Of a DNA stretch of 64,000 nucleotides, positions 13,801-26,947 are shown one piece after another. Below the pieces are notes generated by a model. The model did no database searches and was not told the DNA's origin. It saw only the letters and a program-made list of their open reading frames with translations. The translations under genes and the position numbers were made by a program. The stretch is from Raillietiella orientalis (lineage: Eukaryota). The DNA lies in the NCBI GenBank assembly GCA_036172245.1, contig JAYWIR010000001.1, forward strand, positions 6,944,001 through 7,008,000, in the 5' to 3' direction. Within the stretch, counting starts at the first letter, position 1. Each line of letters starts with the position of its first letter.

Positions 13801-16800
13801 GCAAAACGCGTGGCTGTTTCCCACAGTTTCGCCAGGAACTTGGCGTCCGCTCTTCAGGACGGTCATCGGACGCCAGTCGCCGATGCTCCGTAAGTCTCCG
13901 TTTCTGGGGAGGAGGAGCCTTACGGAAAATCCTCCACTGCGAGTTTCGGCACCGGGGCTGCAGAGACTTGCGGACACGTACTGCCGAAGAGCGTTGTTAC
14001 CTTTCCATCAGTCCCGCTTTGGATACCTTTCTTCTGGAAGGGGGAGGAGGAGGTACCGTTGTAATTGCTGGTCTCTTTCGCAACTCGAAGCGTCAAGGTG
14101 AAGATCCTTTCCGTGGACGGATTCGTCTCGTCTTGTTCGCGGAGGCGTTTCCTCCTGCTACTTTTTCCATCTGCTGCTCGCTGAAGCTCCCACTGGAGCT
14201 CACCGAGAACTGCGTGGATCCGGGAAGCCCTGGTCCATGCAGTTCTCTCCGCGCGGACAGTTCAGGCACAGCGAGTGCGATGCTGCTTCCGGGAGAAACG
14301 TGCGACGAAAACGACAGCAGCAGCAGGGAGTCCAGGACGGACAATGGTGACCGGAAATCATGGAATGATGATCAGTAAACTGATGAAGCTTTCGGAGTAC
14401 CCAAGCAAGAAAGAAGCGGCACTGCTGAAAGTCAAAAATCCCGGAATCACATCTCGAAACACGTGCGAATTTTGCTTCGTCTCTCTCTGTGCGTGCGCGT
14501 GTGCGTGCGTTTTTTGGTGAGCATCCCGAAAACATCCACATCCGGCACAAAGTTGATACGTGTTGACACCGCTCTTCATCGGCGGACGGTCCCCAAATCA
14601 GGCGGCGCGGAACATCCTGAGAAGACACGGATTTTTCTGCGTGCGAGAATGTGTGGAAGGAAATGGAGGATACGTCGCTCGGTTCCAACTTTCCCTCCGG
14701 GGAAAAAAGGGGAGGGGGGTGCTAGGTGCAAAAAACTTGGGCATCAGGAAGCGACGCCGCACAGCTCGTGTTGAATGACCCCCACACGTCTCCTCACTTC
14801 GGAAGCGGGAAGAGGAGGAGGGAGGGGGAGGAAGAAGAACAACAAAAAGTGTTCTCCGGTACTCTGTGAAACGATGAAGAATCAGTGTGTCTGAAAGCGG
14901 TCGACTCCTCAAAAAAAAAAAAAAGATGTCAAAATGGGTCGAACAAAAGCGACCCAACAATGATGAGGCCCACGGAAAAGGTGTGCCGAAAAAAGCTGCA
15001 GCTGAAAGAGAATTTCCAGGCTGCGCTGAAGCTGCCATAATTGGGGGCGGGATGAAGGGGGGGAGGGGGGGGGGGAAAAAAGGAAAAGGGAAAAGGAAAA
15101 AACGCTCTGCAACTTTCCTGTAAACAGTTCCCAACTTCACGCGGAAAGATCGCGGGGAACGGAGCGAGTTCCCGGAACCGTTTCGGGCGCGGCGACACGC
15201 CGGCCGTCTGGCGCGCGAAGAGGCGGCGTGACGTCACCGTCCGCCATCGCAGGAACCGCCGCCGCGCAGAGCCGGCAGACCATGTGATATTGCCCCAGCC
15301 CTCGGCCTGCTCCGGGTGTGCTCCTCGCTTCGCGGCTGGGTCCCAACCTCCTCCTCCCCTTCCTTCCCTTACACCCTCGCAGACCCGCAGTTTCCTTCCG
15401 GAGCACGGAGCCGGAAGCGGCTTCCGGTCTCGTCCTTTCGCTCGGAGGTAAAAAAAAAAAAAAAAAAAAAAAGATAGCAAACGGATGGAACCCGCTGCCC
15501 GCGAATCCGCCTCCGCTCCCTCCGCAGGCCGCCAGATTAGCACGGGTGGAGGGTGTCATCGGGCGCGTGGTGTCCAAGTGCGCATCCCGAGGGGGGGGGG
15601 AGCACAGAGGGTAATCCTCTCGAAAGATAACCGCGGTGTTTGCGAGGAAGGGGGGGGGGGGGGGGAAGCAGTGGCAACGTGCGCGGGACGAAGGCGCGCC
15701 CTCCGCCACCACTCCCGGAACGCGAGCGGGAGAAAAAAAAAACTCCATAATGGGTGAAGCGGAGTAAAAGAATGCGACCTCGTTCCCAGTCCTCCCCGGA
15801 ACGGAAAGATAAATCGGTTCCCTCGCTCCGATAAGATCATATTTCGCGCCTGAGTGACCTTTCCCAGAAGGGCCCCCGATGTGTGCGCGTCCGACCTCCT
15901 CGCCCGGCCCCATTGTGGCCCTTGACCGCGCGACAAAGGGAGAGCTGGGAAGGTCCTCCAGCGGAAGGACCTTTGTGTCCCATGAGGCGCGCGCGGAGCG
16001 GGAGCCTGCGAGCGCTCCCGTCCCGCGCCGCCGGCGTCGCAGGGGCGGGAACACCCGCAGGAAGCCCTCCTGGGGCGGCGCCGCCGTTCAGTGGGAAAAC
16101 CTTGACATGTCCTGGGAGCGGCGAGTCTTACGTGTTAGACCGCGAGAGGGTGCGTGCCCGACCCTCGCTGCAGCGAGGCGCGCGCGCAATCTCCCGGGGG
16201 ACGCCGGCGGTGCAAAGAGCTACGAGGGGGCGGGGGAGGCATCCTCCGCGCAGAAGTCCACGCCGAGCTGCCGCACCCGCGCGCGCACGTGTGGCATGTC
16301 CCCCCCTCTCCCTGGCTGCCGTGCGCGCTCGCGCGCAGCGGATGGGGCGCCCATGCGCCGCTGTCAATCCTCCCGGGCTCGGACAGCGGGGTCCCTCGGT
16401 GAGATCTCGCTCCGCTTCGCGGTCCAGTCTTCTCTTGGTCGTGGAGGTGACCGAGGGGTCAGCGTTGACCGACGGCGCACTAGGCTCTGCAGGGCACTCC
16501 ACCTGGTCCAGAGCCCCTGAGTAGAACACAGAGGACCAAACCACTCCGTTGGGAGTGGCCGGGCGGACGCAGAAGAGGAGCAGTCCCGGAGGTCAAGGCT
16601 TGACCCCGGACCCTCTTAGCGACACCTTCGGAGGCAGCAGGGCTCCCAACAGGGAGGATTCCGCCGAAGTCAGCCTGACCACGGCATCTCGGGAGCGGCC
16701 GGCGGCTACAACCACGATGGGACGCCTCCTCCGGCCTGCCCGCAGGGCGCATGAGCCTCCCCTCCCTTCTCCTACGACTCGAAATGGGAGCCGCCTCCCT

Positions 16801-19800
16801 TGCTCCTGGGGAAAGGGGGCGGAGGCTCGGTGAGCGTGGGAAGGAGCTTCTATGGGTGCGCATGCACCCCCGAGCAGGGCTCGCTCCACCTCCCGAAGAG
16901 GGTTCGCCGCCACCATCATCGGGATCAGAAGCCGGACCTCCTTCTTCCCCTTCTTGTCCAGCAGGCTCTCTGCAGGCCGTGGGCGAACAGGCACGATGGG
17001 CGTGCAGGGCAGCGGGAGGCGGGGTGGGACCGCCATCGCCGTCGTCGCCGCTGCTGCTGCTGATGATGAGGAGGAGGAGGAGGAGGAAGAGAGAGTTGCT
17101 ACTGCGCCCGTCTCAAGAATGGTCAAGGAGCAACCAAGTCAAAAAGGGAGAGGTGAAGGGAGGAAGCGCGCGCGCGCGGACTGTATCCACCTTCTGTCCC
17201 GCTCGCCCGGTTTCCCGGCGCGCTACCCTACGCCTTCTTTCTCTCGCGGTCCCTCCCGGCCTACCGGAAGCGTCCCCTCTCCTTCCCACTGCCGTTTCGA
17301 GCCAGCCCACCGTCCCTCCAGTCCCGTGCGCGGATCCGGAAGGTGGAGAGGGAAGGGAGAAAACCTCGTCCGCCCCCGCCCCCCCCTATGCCCAGAAGTC
17401 GTCCCACTTCCCGCGCGACGGACGGAGGAAGGGTCGCGTGGGTAGGGAGACTGGCTCAGCCAGCTCCCGACCAAACCAGTGGGGGCAGGCGGCTGCGTGC
17501 CTTGGAGACAAAGGAAATGGGAAGGGGGAGGGAAAGGGGGCGAGGATGGGGAAGGGGGACGGGTAGGATCGGGCGGGGGTTTCAAAGCCGACACGGGGTT
17601 GCGTGGAGACGGTCGCAAGTCGTCCCCCTCTCTCCCCTTCTCCTTTTCCGGATTGCGTCCTCTGAGCACGAACGATCGGCCCCGTGGCAGCAGATAGGGA
17701 GGGGGGAGGTGGTTATCCGGGACTTACATCCGGTCCCCGACCCCCTCATCTGGAAGAAGGGGGAAAGGAAGAAAAGGAAAGGAGAAGAAGCTAGGGAGGG
17801 AGCAAGCGACCCCGAGATGACCACAGTCCGTGTGGGTCGTCCCTTTCCCCTGCTTGCCCGTAGGCCGTTTTAGGACCGCACCAAGCGCCAGATGGCACTT
17901 TGACCCCGGAATGGAGAACGGATAACCCGTCCAGAAGAGACCCTCTCCGACAGGGCTGCAAGGGGCCGTCCCCTTACAATCGGCCTGCTATAGGGTAGGT
18001 CGAGGTCTCTTCTCCGTGCCTCATGGGGAGGCAGGAGTTGGGCGTTTGTGGGACTGAAAAAGGGTGGGGTGGGGGGACGATAGGAGGGTCATTCGGAAGC
18101 GCGCCACACTCTCCTTGCCCTCTCTCTCTCCCCCTCCCCAGCAGGTCGATCGGTTCGCCTCGGAGTCCTTCGGGGTGAGGCAAAGGGCTGGAGGAGCTGG
18201 AGAGGTGTTGCCGCTGGGACGCGCGTGGCGACGTCATGCCGGGGAGTCCTCGGAGTACCCTCCGGAATCACGCTGAAGCGGGAATGGGGCGGCAAGCCCC
18301 CTCTCCTTTCCGATAAGTGACTTGCTTGCCCGGGGACTCTGGTCGACTGCCCAGGAGGGCGACCAGTCCTCTACCCCGCGAGGTCACGCCCTCGCAGGGT
18401 CTACCACCAATCGAAGGGGCACGGGGGGTGCAAGGGGCCCTCGGAGGAGCCGCAGTCAGCTTCTCCCCTCCTTTCTTGCCTCCGTGCGCGCCTTCCGCGG
18501 TGCTTCGGGTAAGCCGTGCCCGGCGCACTTGGTCCGTCCTCTGGGCCTGCTGGGAGACGGCGTGGAGGAGACGTTTCCTTGGGGACAGCCGGTTTCACGC
18601 GCGCCCGGCACGCCCGCCCCGATCTGGGGAGACGCTGGTGCTCCACGCTCATTGGAAAAGAGGAGAGACCTGATCCCGGAGATCCGACCCGGCGGAACCC
18701 TCCGACCTGGTCCCGGGCGCCGGCGCGACGCCCCTGAGAGATAAATCCTTCCTGACCGGGAGCAGGGACTCCTCCTCAACTCCGCGGGCTTCTCGCTGCT
18801 TTCGGCGGCCTAGGGGCGTGCCGGGAACGATTCCCCCTCCCTCCTCTTCCCCCTTTTCCTCCTCCTCCTCGTCCGCTACTTCGTCCCGGAAGCGGCAACG
18901 TTCCAGGACCGCCTTCCCATCTCCCCAGACGGAGGGAAGGGTGGATTGCGGATGGGACGTGGGGGGGGGGGAGGGAGGAGGATTTCTCCCCGTCTCCTTC
19001 CCTCGTTCGGCTCGCTCCCACGTGACCTTCGCCCGGTCGGATCATCTCTTCCCTCACCCACCCCCTTGATCGCAACCGCCACTCCCCTCCATCGACTGAA
19101 TGCCTTCGTCCCGGATGCCATTCCTCTCCTCCGGCAGGGTCCTCCTGTTCAAGATGAAGGAAATGTTTCCCCCCTCCCTTTCTCTGCAAGCGGCAGGACC
19201 AGGCAGGGCTCTACGCGGAGCTGTCCCTTTTCTTCCCGGGCACTTAAAGGCGGGAGTCCCTTTCCTGGATTTCCTTCTTCGCTTTTGCCGGAAAAAGGGA
19301 CTTTGAAAAAAAAAAAGAAGGGAGGAAGAGGGGGAAGGAGGGGAGGAAGAAAGTCGTCCTGTGTCTCCTTTGCTAGAAGAGAGTAGGCTCACGAAGGAGG
19401 GGAGCCGTTGACGTGGTTTCCCGTGGCGACGAGGGCAGCCGGGATTCGGGGCCCGCATCATAGTCGCCAGCGCTTTCCCGCGCCCCATCCCGACAGTTTT
19501 TTGGATGCGCGTGGAGTCCCGAGAGCCTGTTTCTCAGTGCAGATGGCGCGGGATGCGCGATGGAAGGAACAGGGGTGGCGGCCTTCGTTTCAACGCGCCC
19601 CTCCTACTCCTCGCCCTCTGCCTTTCTCTTCCTGGAGAGCTTTCTGGAAGGAAACTGGCGCAGAGACGGCCGTGTCTCCAGAAAGGTCCGCAGGATGGCG
19701 GCCTTTCCACCCGGAAAATTTCGCGTCTCCTCCCTTTCGTTGCACTTCCACGCGCGTGAGGGACCGCAGCAGTGCCCCGCACCGCCCGCTGTTTGGCCCG

Positions 19801-22800
19801 ACGAAATGCGTGGGCGCACGCCCTCCCTCCCCTTCTCGGTGCGGCGCAGCGGCTTGCGCCCGGTTTCGACCGGCAGTGACGCCCTGGCAACTGTGCGCGA
19901 GGGGGAGAAGAGGGGGACGCTCATGTTCGCCGGAGCTCTCCCGCTTCTCCTGCCAGCTCTCCGCGCCCGCGCGAAGGGACCACTGTGGGCGCAGACTGGC
20001 TCGCTCCCTCCTTCCCCCGTCGAGGCCTTCGAGAGGAGGCTGCCTGGATCCCCCCGCCCGGATCGCCGCCGTGAGCCTCTCCACCCGCCCGCTTCGGAGA
20101 CTCGCCCCAGGGAGAGGGAGAAACCCAGGGCAATTTCAGAGACGGGCGCAGCTCCACGGGATGGTGATGATGATGACGAGGGAGAGGGGAAAAGAGTAAG
20201 GAGGGAAAGGGAGCAGTCCCTCAGCAGCCTGTGCGGGGTCGCTGGTGGGGGAGATTCCCAGGGACCTTCCTGGGGCTGTCTCTCTTTCGATCCCTCGGGG
20301 AGGCGAGGCGGCGGCCGGGATGGGTGCTGCATTGGGGCTCTTCCCTCCCCTGGAGGAGGAGGGAACGCGCGCCCTAGAAAGGGATATGGGGCTTCCCGGA
20401 AGGCGCGGTGGGCTGCTCCGCTTCCAGCGCCCCTTCGGGAAGCAGGTCGCGCGGGCAGGGAGAGGAGAGATACTCCAAGGAACCGTGCAAGCTCCCTCCC
20501 CCTCTCTCGAGGAAGAGAAGGGTGAGGGCAGCTACCCGCCGCCGCCCCCCCTCCCCTCGGATAGAAGGAAGGAAGGACGTCGCTAGTCCCTTCCCTGTGG
20601 GGCCATGGCGCGTGGCCCCGGAGACGACGTGGACCTGAATCCCGTTTCCCTCCACCCCTTTCCGCTGGCAGCCCGCCCGCTCGAGCGCGCGCGTCCCTCC
20701 CTAATCCCACCAGGAAGCGGGAAGAGCCGAAACGCAAACGCCGCTAATCGCCAATAACAGAGAGAGTGCGGACTCCTCCAGGACACCGCCGTCCCCTCCC
20801 CTTTCCGCGCGCCGCTTCCAGGGAGGGAGGTGCGCTCCCACGACCCCCGTCGGGTTTTCCGAGGGGAGGGAGAAAAGGGGAGGGATGGACCCCTCCCCGC
20901 GCGCCTGTCGGCGGCCCTCCGGGAGCCGGCTCCAAGCGGGAGGAGACGGCCCTCTTCTCTCCTGCCTCCCCCGCGAGGAGGGGGGAAGCTCGCGCGCTTC
21001 CCTGCTCCCCTCTCCTCTCCTCCTCCTGGCTCGACCTGTCACCGCGGATCGGGGAGGGACGCAGTCGCCTCCCGGTCCCTCCTTCCGCGAAGGACGCGCA
21101 GGGTACCGTCATCGCGTCCTGTCACCCGCACAGCCCCCATAAACGGTTTCCCGCCGGGAGCTGTCGGCAGTTAGCGGGGGCGCTCCCGGACGGGCCTTCA
21201 GGAGCAGGCAGCCGCCGCACGTCCTGGATTTATGGCTGGGGAAGGGAAGGCCCGGCTTCGCCGCATCTTCCCTTCCCCGCCGAGAGAGCGCCCCGCGCGG
21301 GGGTGGGAGGGGTAGGAGTCGGGAAGCGCCGGGTAGTCGGGGACGCTCTCGCACGGAAGATGCACGCGGGGAGGCTTTGGAGCCGGGCGACAAAGGGAAG
21401 GAGATCGATAGCGCCTAGCCTCCGGGAGGAGTGCCCGCCGCCGGGATGCGGGCCACGGCAGGAGCACCGCCCCTGCCACGGCTCCCTATCGACAGCGTGT
21501 CGGACAGGGGGCGCGAGGGGCAGGGCGAGTGGGTTCCTCTCACGCGCCCCCTCCACCATCCTTCGTCCCCGTGCCACCAGGAAATGCCCGCGCGGATCGG
21601 ACGCTCTCCGTCCGACCCGGAGACGAAGGGATGCGTCCATGGAGATGCCGCACGACAGCTTCCGTGATGTCTTCCCCCCTTCCCCCTTCTCTCCGCGACG
21701 CCCCGCCCTGAGCAGGCACGCGTGCAAGCTGAAAGCAGCCCTAGGGTCATATAAGAAACCCGCAGGAGAGAGGGGGCGCAAAGGGGAGAGGATACGCCCA
21801 CGAGAGGGGCGTGGGGCTTGTGTGAGGGGACATTTTTCCATATCTCGTCTGCGGCCGCTGGAGCTCCCGAGCTCTGGAGCTTCTTGTTTGGGATGGGATG
21901 GTGGGGTCCTTTTCGAGCTTGGAATACGCCTTGGTGGAGGGAGGAGTAGGAAGGAAAAAGGAAGAGGAAGAAGAGGAGGAGGAGGAAGGGTGCAAAAGAA
22001 GGAAGACAAGGAGGGAGAAAGGAGGAGGAGGAAGAAGAAAGGAAAACGAAGAGGGGCAGGAGGAAGAAGGGAAGAAGAAGGGATGCTGATGGTGTTTGCT
22101 GGCAGATTGGGGCTGGCTAGGTGGAGAAGTGAGTTTCTGCCGCATCGGAGGGGAAAGGGGGGGGGGGAGGGAGGAAGCCTTGCGACGCGCTCTCCCATGG
22201 TCTCCTCCGACGCGCACGTCGTCGTGCGCCGTGAGTGGGGCCGCTCTCCTCGCGCGCGCGTAGCGGGTAAACACGCACAGGGACGCCGGCGTGCCGGGCG
22301 CCGGCTGGGCACGCGGCCGGCGGTCGAGACGGCGTCCAGTTGGAACGAAGGCGACGCCCCCCCTCCCTCTCTCTTTCTTCCCTCCCTCCCTCCTTCATCC
22401 TCCCTCATCTTCCTTTTTTCCCTCTTCCTCCCTCCCTTCTCCCTCCTTCCTTTTTTTTTTGTCCGCGCGTTTCCTCTTGGATGGAATTTCTGGAATTCCG
22501 CCCGAAATTCCTGGGCGACGCTTCCGTTTGTTTGCGGAGGAGGGGTGGGGTGGTGCCTCGCACCGGCGGCAGGAACGGGGAAGGCTGCCGCGTTTTCCGG
22601 ATGAGCCCTGACCGGACGGCACGCGGCCGGCGAGGGGCGCGCCCGTCTCGCTCTGCACCCGCGCGCGCGCGCGCACGCTCGCGACATCCTGTTTGCGCCC
22701 GGCCCTCAGGGGAAGCGCAGGAGAAGTGCGGAGGACCAGCCCGCTGGCGGCGACAGCCTGAGCTCGACGTCACGCCATCAGGTACAAAGGGAAAAGTCCC

Positions 22801-23718
22801 GGCCCGGAGGCGGAGGTCACTCCGCGGGTGCCCCCGTCTCCGTGGCAACCTTTTGCTGCTGCTGCTGCTGCTTCTGCTGCTGGATTCTCCTCTGTCTGCC
22901 TTCTGTTCGGGCCTGCTCCCTTTGAGGAGGAAAGCAACAGCAGAGGCAGCGCGGAAAGGGGAAAACAAAAAAAAAGGAGGAGGGGGGGGGGGAGAACCAA
23001 AAAATGGAATGCCATCCTCACGGCGGCATACTGGAAGATGCAGTCAGGAAAGGATGCTGGAATCCGATATCAGGAAGAGCAAACATTTGCATTCTTCCGC
23101 GACTTTCAGCGCGAAGTGTTTGCCGTTCTTCGGGAAAGACAAACAGAGACGAGGAGGAGGAAGAGGAGGGAGGGGGGGGGGAGTGGACGCTAGCGATGCT
23201 CGCGCACCCCGCGAGGTGCGAGGGAAACGTGTCGAGAACGAGCAGCCGCCGCAGCCCGCCGGCCTGCACGCCGAGGGCACTGGGACGGCCTCTCCCTCCC
23301 TTGCAGGACGTCCACAGCCCGCACGCCTCACGTCCCGGCACTCCCCATTTTCTTTTTTTTTTTCCTCTCATCCCCACTGCTGCCCGAGAAGGGCGCCCAC
23401 GGCGCAAACGGCGGCTACAGGCTGGTCACGTGAGCTCCAGGGTGGCTGCAGGTCCGGAGATCAAGTAGCACGAGAGGAGCCGCGCGATCCGGTCGAGCGC
23501 GCGAAACATTCCACCTTGCGCTGCCGTGGCAACGGCCGCGATCGCATCACGACACTTCATGCACGCGAGCAAAAAAGCAAAGCAACAAAAAAACTTCTCG
23601 TGGCGCCACAACGCGCGGCTTTTTAGGACGGAAATTGGTGGCACTTGGTGATGGCGCAGCGACGCTCCACTCGCCTCGCCCACGCTTGCAGCGCTGCTGA
23701 TGTTCCATCTCGGCGCTG

Positions 23719-23766
23719 CTATGGTGTAATGATCCTCCACCGGAGCCAGGATCGTGTTCGAGCCTT
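23719..23766 (+). mobile_element. Degenerate tRNA-derived (SINE-like) head
   Basis: A-box-like TGGTGTAATGAT (23722-23733) and B-box-like GTTCGAGCC (23756-23764). The spacing is too short for a cloverleaf, so this is not a tRNA gene. Confidence 0.3.
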
Positions 23767-23780
23767 GCGCCACCTAGTGG
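23767..23780 (-). promoter_or_regulatory. Candidate CTCF site
   Basis: The minus strand reads CCACTAGGTGGCGC, matching the CTCF core consensus. Confidence 0.5.
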
Positions 23781-25276
23781 GAGTCGCTGGCTCCTGCGGA
23801 GGGGAGCATGGACTTCGGCTGGCGCGAATACCGTCGGACGCCCCCTGGGAGAGAGCCTAGCTGGCGCCCCTCCTGCAAGAACACCTCGCGGAAACACTCC
23901 GGGGGCATTGCGGTCCAAGCGCGGGGTGGCGCTCGCGGTGTACGGGCGGGTGTGAGTCACGTGCAGACGCAGATCTCCCTATGGGCACCGGTCGCTCCCC
24001 CTCGCGCCCTATGGAGACGGCGGCAGCTCACTTCCTGGCCTCAGGAGAACGACGACGGGGGGACTCCGAAAGTCCTCCCGTCTCTGAAAGGAGGAACCAG
24101 GAATCCTCTCCCGTGAGCCTCCTTTCCGTCCTCTGACGCCAGCCGCTCCACTCCTCCTGAGTTGGCTCTCGGGAGGGATCCCGAAACGCTTCTCGAGGCA
24201 GCAGGAGGAAACTTCCTGGAACGTACTACCCCGGCTGATCTCCCGAGCAGCGCTACCTTGCGGCCGCACGCGCGTCAGGGGGCGAATCTAGGAAACATCC
24301 AGGAGGGGGAAGTCCCGGTCCACGGCGGGTGAAAGCTGAGAACATGAAGCGGCCGACGGCGAGGGGGGAACGCCAGGGCGCCGGTGCAGGTTGGGAATGG
24401 GAGGGAATCGTTCTCTGCTGCCTGTGGACGTCTTGAGGACTTGGCCCAGAGCAATGAGGGCGGGCGTCGAGAGGGAGGTAGGGTTGCCACTCCTCCTCTG
24501 CCTCTTCCTCCTCCGTTCATCCTGGAGCGAGGTGCCCCCTGTGATCGGCCCGACGAGCCTGAAGCCGCCTCGAAGGCCCTGACGCGAGGCGTCCGAGAAA
24601 GCTGGAGCATCGCCTCCCTGGAGCCCCTCGCCTGCCCGCCAAGGATGGTGAAGCGTCACGCTCGCGGACGCCGCAACTGGCGAGAGGCAGACGGAAAAGC
24701 CCCAAGTCCGACCGCCGACCGGGACGGGGTCAGGGCGACTGACTCCGCTCCCAAGTTCGTCCCGGGGCTGAAAGTGGGGTCCGATTTGCCCCAGGGCTCC
24801 AGTGCACCCGTCCCGGGAGAGGAAAGAAGTGGGCGCGGGGACGCAGAAAAGCAGCCGCGCTGCCTCAGTGCAGGGAGGAACGCGTCCACGGAGACGGAGA
24901 CATCTCCCTCCCCAAAGAGCCCGGCGGTGGCGGCGGCCTGATCCCGTCGGGAAGCACCTCCTCGCCTTCCCGTCGAGCTGCGTCCCGGAAAAGATTCCGG
25001 GGGATTCGAGGAGAGGCGGAGGAAGGACGCAGCGATTGGACGCCTCGAGGAAGGGGGAGAGGGGATCGGCAGGGGGGAACGAACGCATTCCATCCCTGGA
25101 GCCAACCCGCCGTCGGTCCTTCCCCTTCCTGCCTGCCTCCCTTCGCTCCATTGCGGGAGTTTGGACCGATGCCCAAGCAAGCCGCCGATGCCCCTCCCCG
25201 AAGCGAGGACTTGGCCCAGAGCAAGGGTGAATTCTATGCCACCTCCTCCTCCCTCCTTTCCTCCCTCTTTTGGTAG

Positions 25277-25277
<1 letters not shown>

Positions 25278-25375
<98 letters not shown>

Positions 25376-25421
25376 GGAGGAGGAGGAGGAGGAGGAGGAG
25401 GAGGAGGAGGAGGAGGAGGAG
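25278..25421 (+). repeat. Compound microsatellite (GAT)32(GAG)16
   Basis: Uninterrupted GAT repeats at 25278-25373 are followed directly by GAG repeats at 25374-25421. Confidence 0.97.
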
Positions 25422-25587
25422 AAAAGGGGGTGGTTGGAGAACTGGATTGTGGAGCTGCCGCCGACCGCGCTGCGCCCATTCGGGCCAACCGGTCCCGGGA
25501 TTCCGTCCCCCTGATCGCTCCATCCACGGATCGGGTTCCCCCCCTCACGATGCTTCCGTCGAGACCATTCCGTCTTCCCTGAGCTTT

Positions 25588-25593
25588 TTTATT
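25588..25593 (-). terminator. Candidate polyadenylation signal of NK2.1
   Basis: First minus-strand AATAAA I found downstream of the proposed stop, about 1 kb away. The hexamer is rare in this GC-rich DNA. Confidence 0.3.
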
Positions 25594-26623
25594 CCCGTGG
25601 GAGAACGAATCTACCGGTCGCGCCCCTGACTGGGAGGGAGGAGTCGCCAGCGTCGACGCGGTCGGTACTCTCTCTTCCGGTTCCCGGATGGGGGTAAGAG
25701 AGGAGTCGTCTTGAACTTGAGGCTCCCTGGGCGGGGGCTCCTCACGGATCCCCCTTACATTGGAAAGGAGAGGCACGTCAGGGTCTCCGGCGTCCTCCGT
25801 GATGTGACCACGGAGATGCGGACGTGTGGGAGATGGCCGTCCTTCTGCCGGGGCCGCCCGGCAGGGAGAGAGAGCCGAGGCGATGCTTCGCGGGACCCGG
25901 AGAGGAAGAGCGAATCCCCCATCTTCCCACATGGGGCAAAGGGGTGGGTGTCTCCCTAGTAGTTTCTCCGAAGTGGACGCCCCGCAACATCCCCCCCCGA
26001 AGTTTCCGGGAGGGAGGGAGGGAGAAGAGGCAGGATGATTTGCCTTCCCGTCAGACAAGCCGACCCTGGATCCCTCCTTCCTCCTCCCCCCACGGCGGAG
26101 CCGCGAGGTGCCCTCTCCTGCGGGACCACTCGCGGATCATTCGAGTTTCCAGGGACTTCCCGTGTCCAGGGCAGACGCGACTCGGGAGCCCCTGGAGGCA
26201 TCCCACTTCCCATCTTCTCCCCGGTCGGATTCCTGCCTCCCCGGAGGAGGAGGATCAGGAGACCAACTGCTCCCCCCTCCCCTTTCCGGGACGGCGACGA
26301 ATATCCCCTCCCTCCCTTTTCCTCGCTTCCTTCTCCCCTCCCCTTTCCTTCCCTCCTGGCGCCCCTCTATGGATGCCTGCTCCAAAGAGGGAGGCCACGC
26401 TCTCGCAAGAAACGTTTTTTATCACACAGATCGGGGGGGAGGGTGGGATGAACGTCCAGGTCCACCTGAAAGCGGGGCGCCGGCCGCGCCGCTCGCCAGT
26501 GGCGCTGCTGCTCCTCTCCTGTCCTCTGCCCCCTCCTCCCCGCGGGGAGGGGAAGGAGGCCTCGGTCCTCTACTCGTAGAGAAGACGAGAAGGGGGTGAG
26601 GGGGTGGGGGCTGGACGCGAGGC

Positions 26624-26947
26624 CTAATGGCCGACGGACGGGCAGTGGCCACCGCCGTAACGACCGCCCTCGGACTTGGCGGCGGCGGCCGAGATGGCCG
26701 CGGCTGACGACAGGCCGAAGTCAAAGTGCGGCGGTCCGGGCGCAAACCATGATGAGCACTGCTGGATGGCGTAGCCGGCGCCATCGGGCAGCTCCTCCTG
26801 CTTGGGGATCCTCTGGTCGACGACCCCAGTCGGCTGCCTCTGCTGCTGCTGCTGCTGGGCAGTGGCTTCCTCCAGGATGAAGTCCCCGCTGTCCCTATTG
26901 GATTCGGCCCGCCGCCCTTTCGGGTTGATGGGATCGTTCACAGGACT
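26624..26947 (-). CDS. scro: NK2.1 probable terminal exon 5
   Basis: Acceptor CCTTTTCTTTTCTCGGCAG in phase 0, matching exon 4. Open for 107 codons to TAG, with poly-Q and poly-A runs typical of transcription-factor tails. No conserved motif recognised. Confidence 0.6.
   Translation of the reverse strand, partial: SPVNDPINPKGRRAESNRDSGDFILEEATAQQQQQQRQPTGVVDQRIPKQEELPDGAGYAIQQCSSWFAPGPPHFDFGLSSAAAISAAAAKSEGGRYGGGHCPSVGH

Noticed and set aside
20766-22687. Long overlapping ORFs (612 aa on +, 485 aa on -) and many similar 200-430 aa ORFs across 15-53 kb
   Set aside because: They are low-complexity R/G/P/S/A translations open in several frames on both strands, as expected where stop codons are scarce in GC-rich DNA. 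No domains recognised.
24288-26058. ORFs with poly-D/E, poly-H/P, poly-M/R or poly-I/L runs
   Set aside because: All are translations of the (GAT)32(GAG)16 microsatellite.
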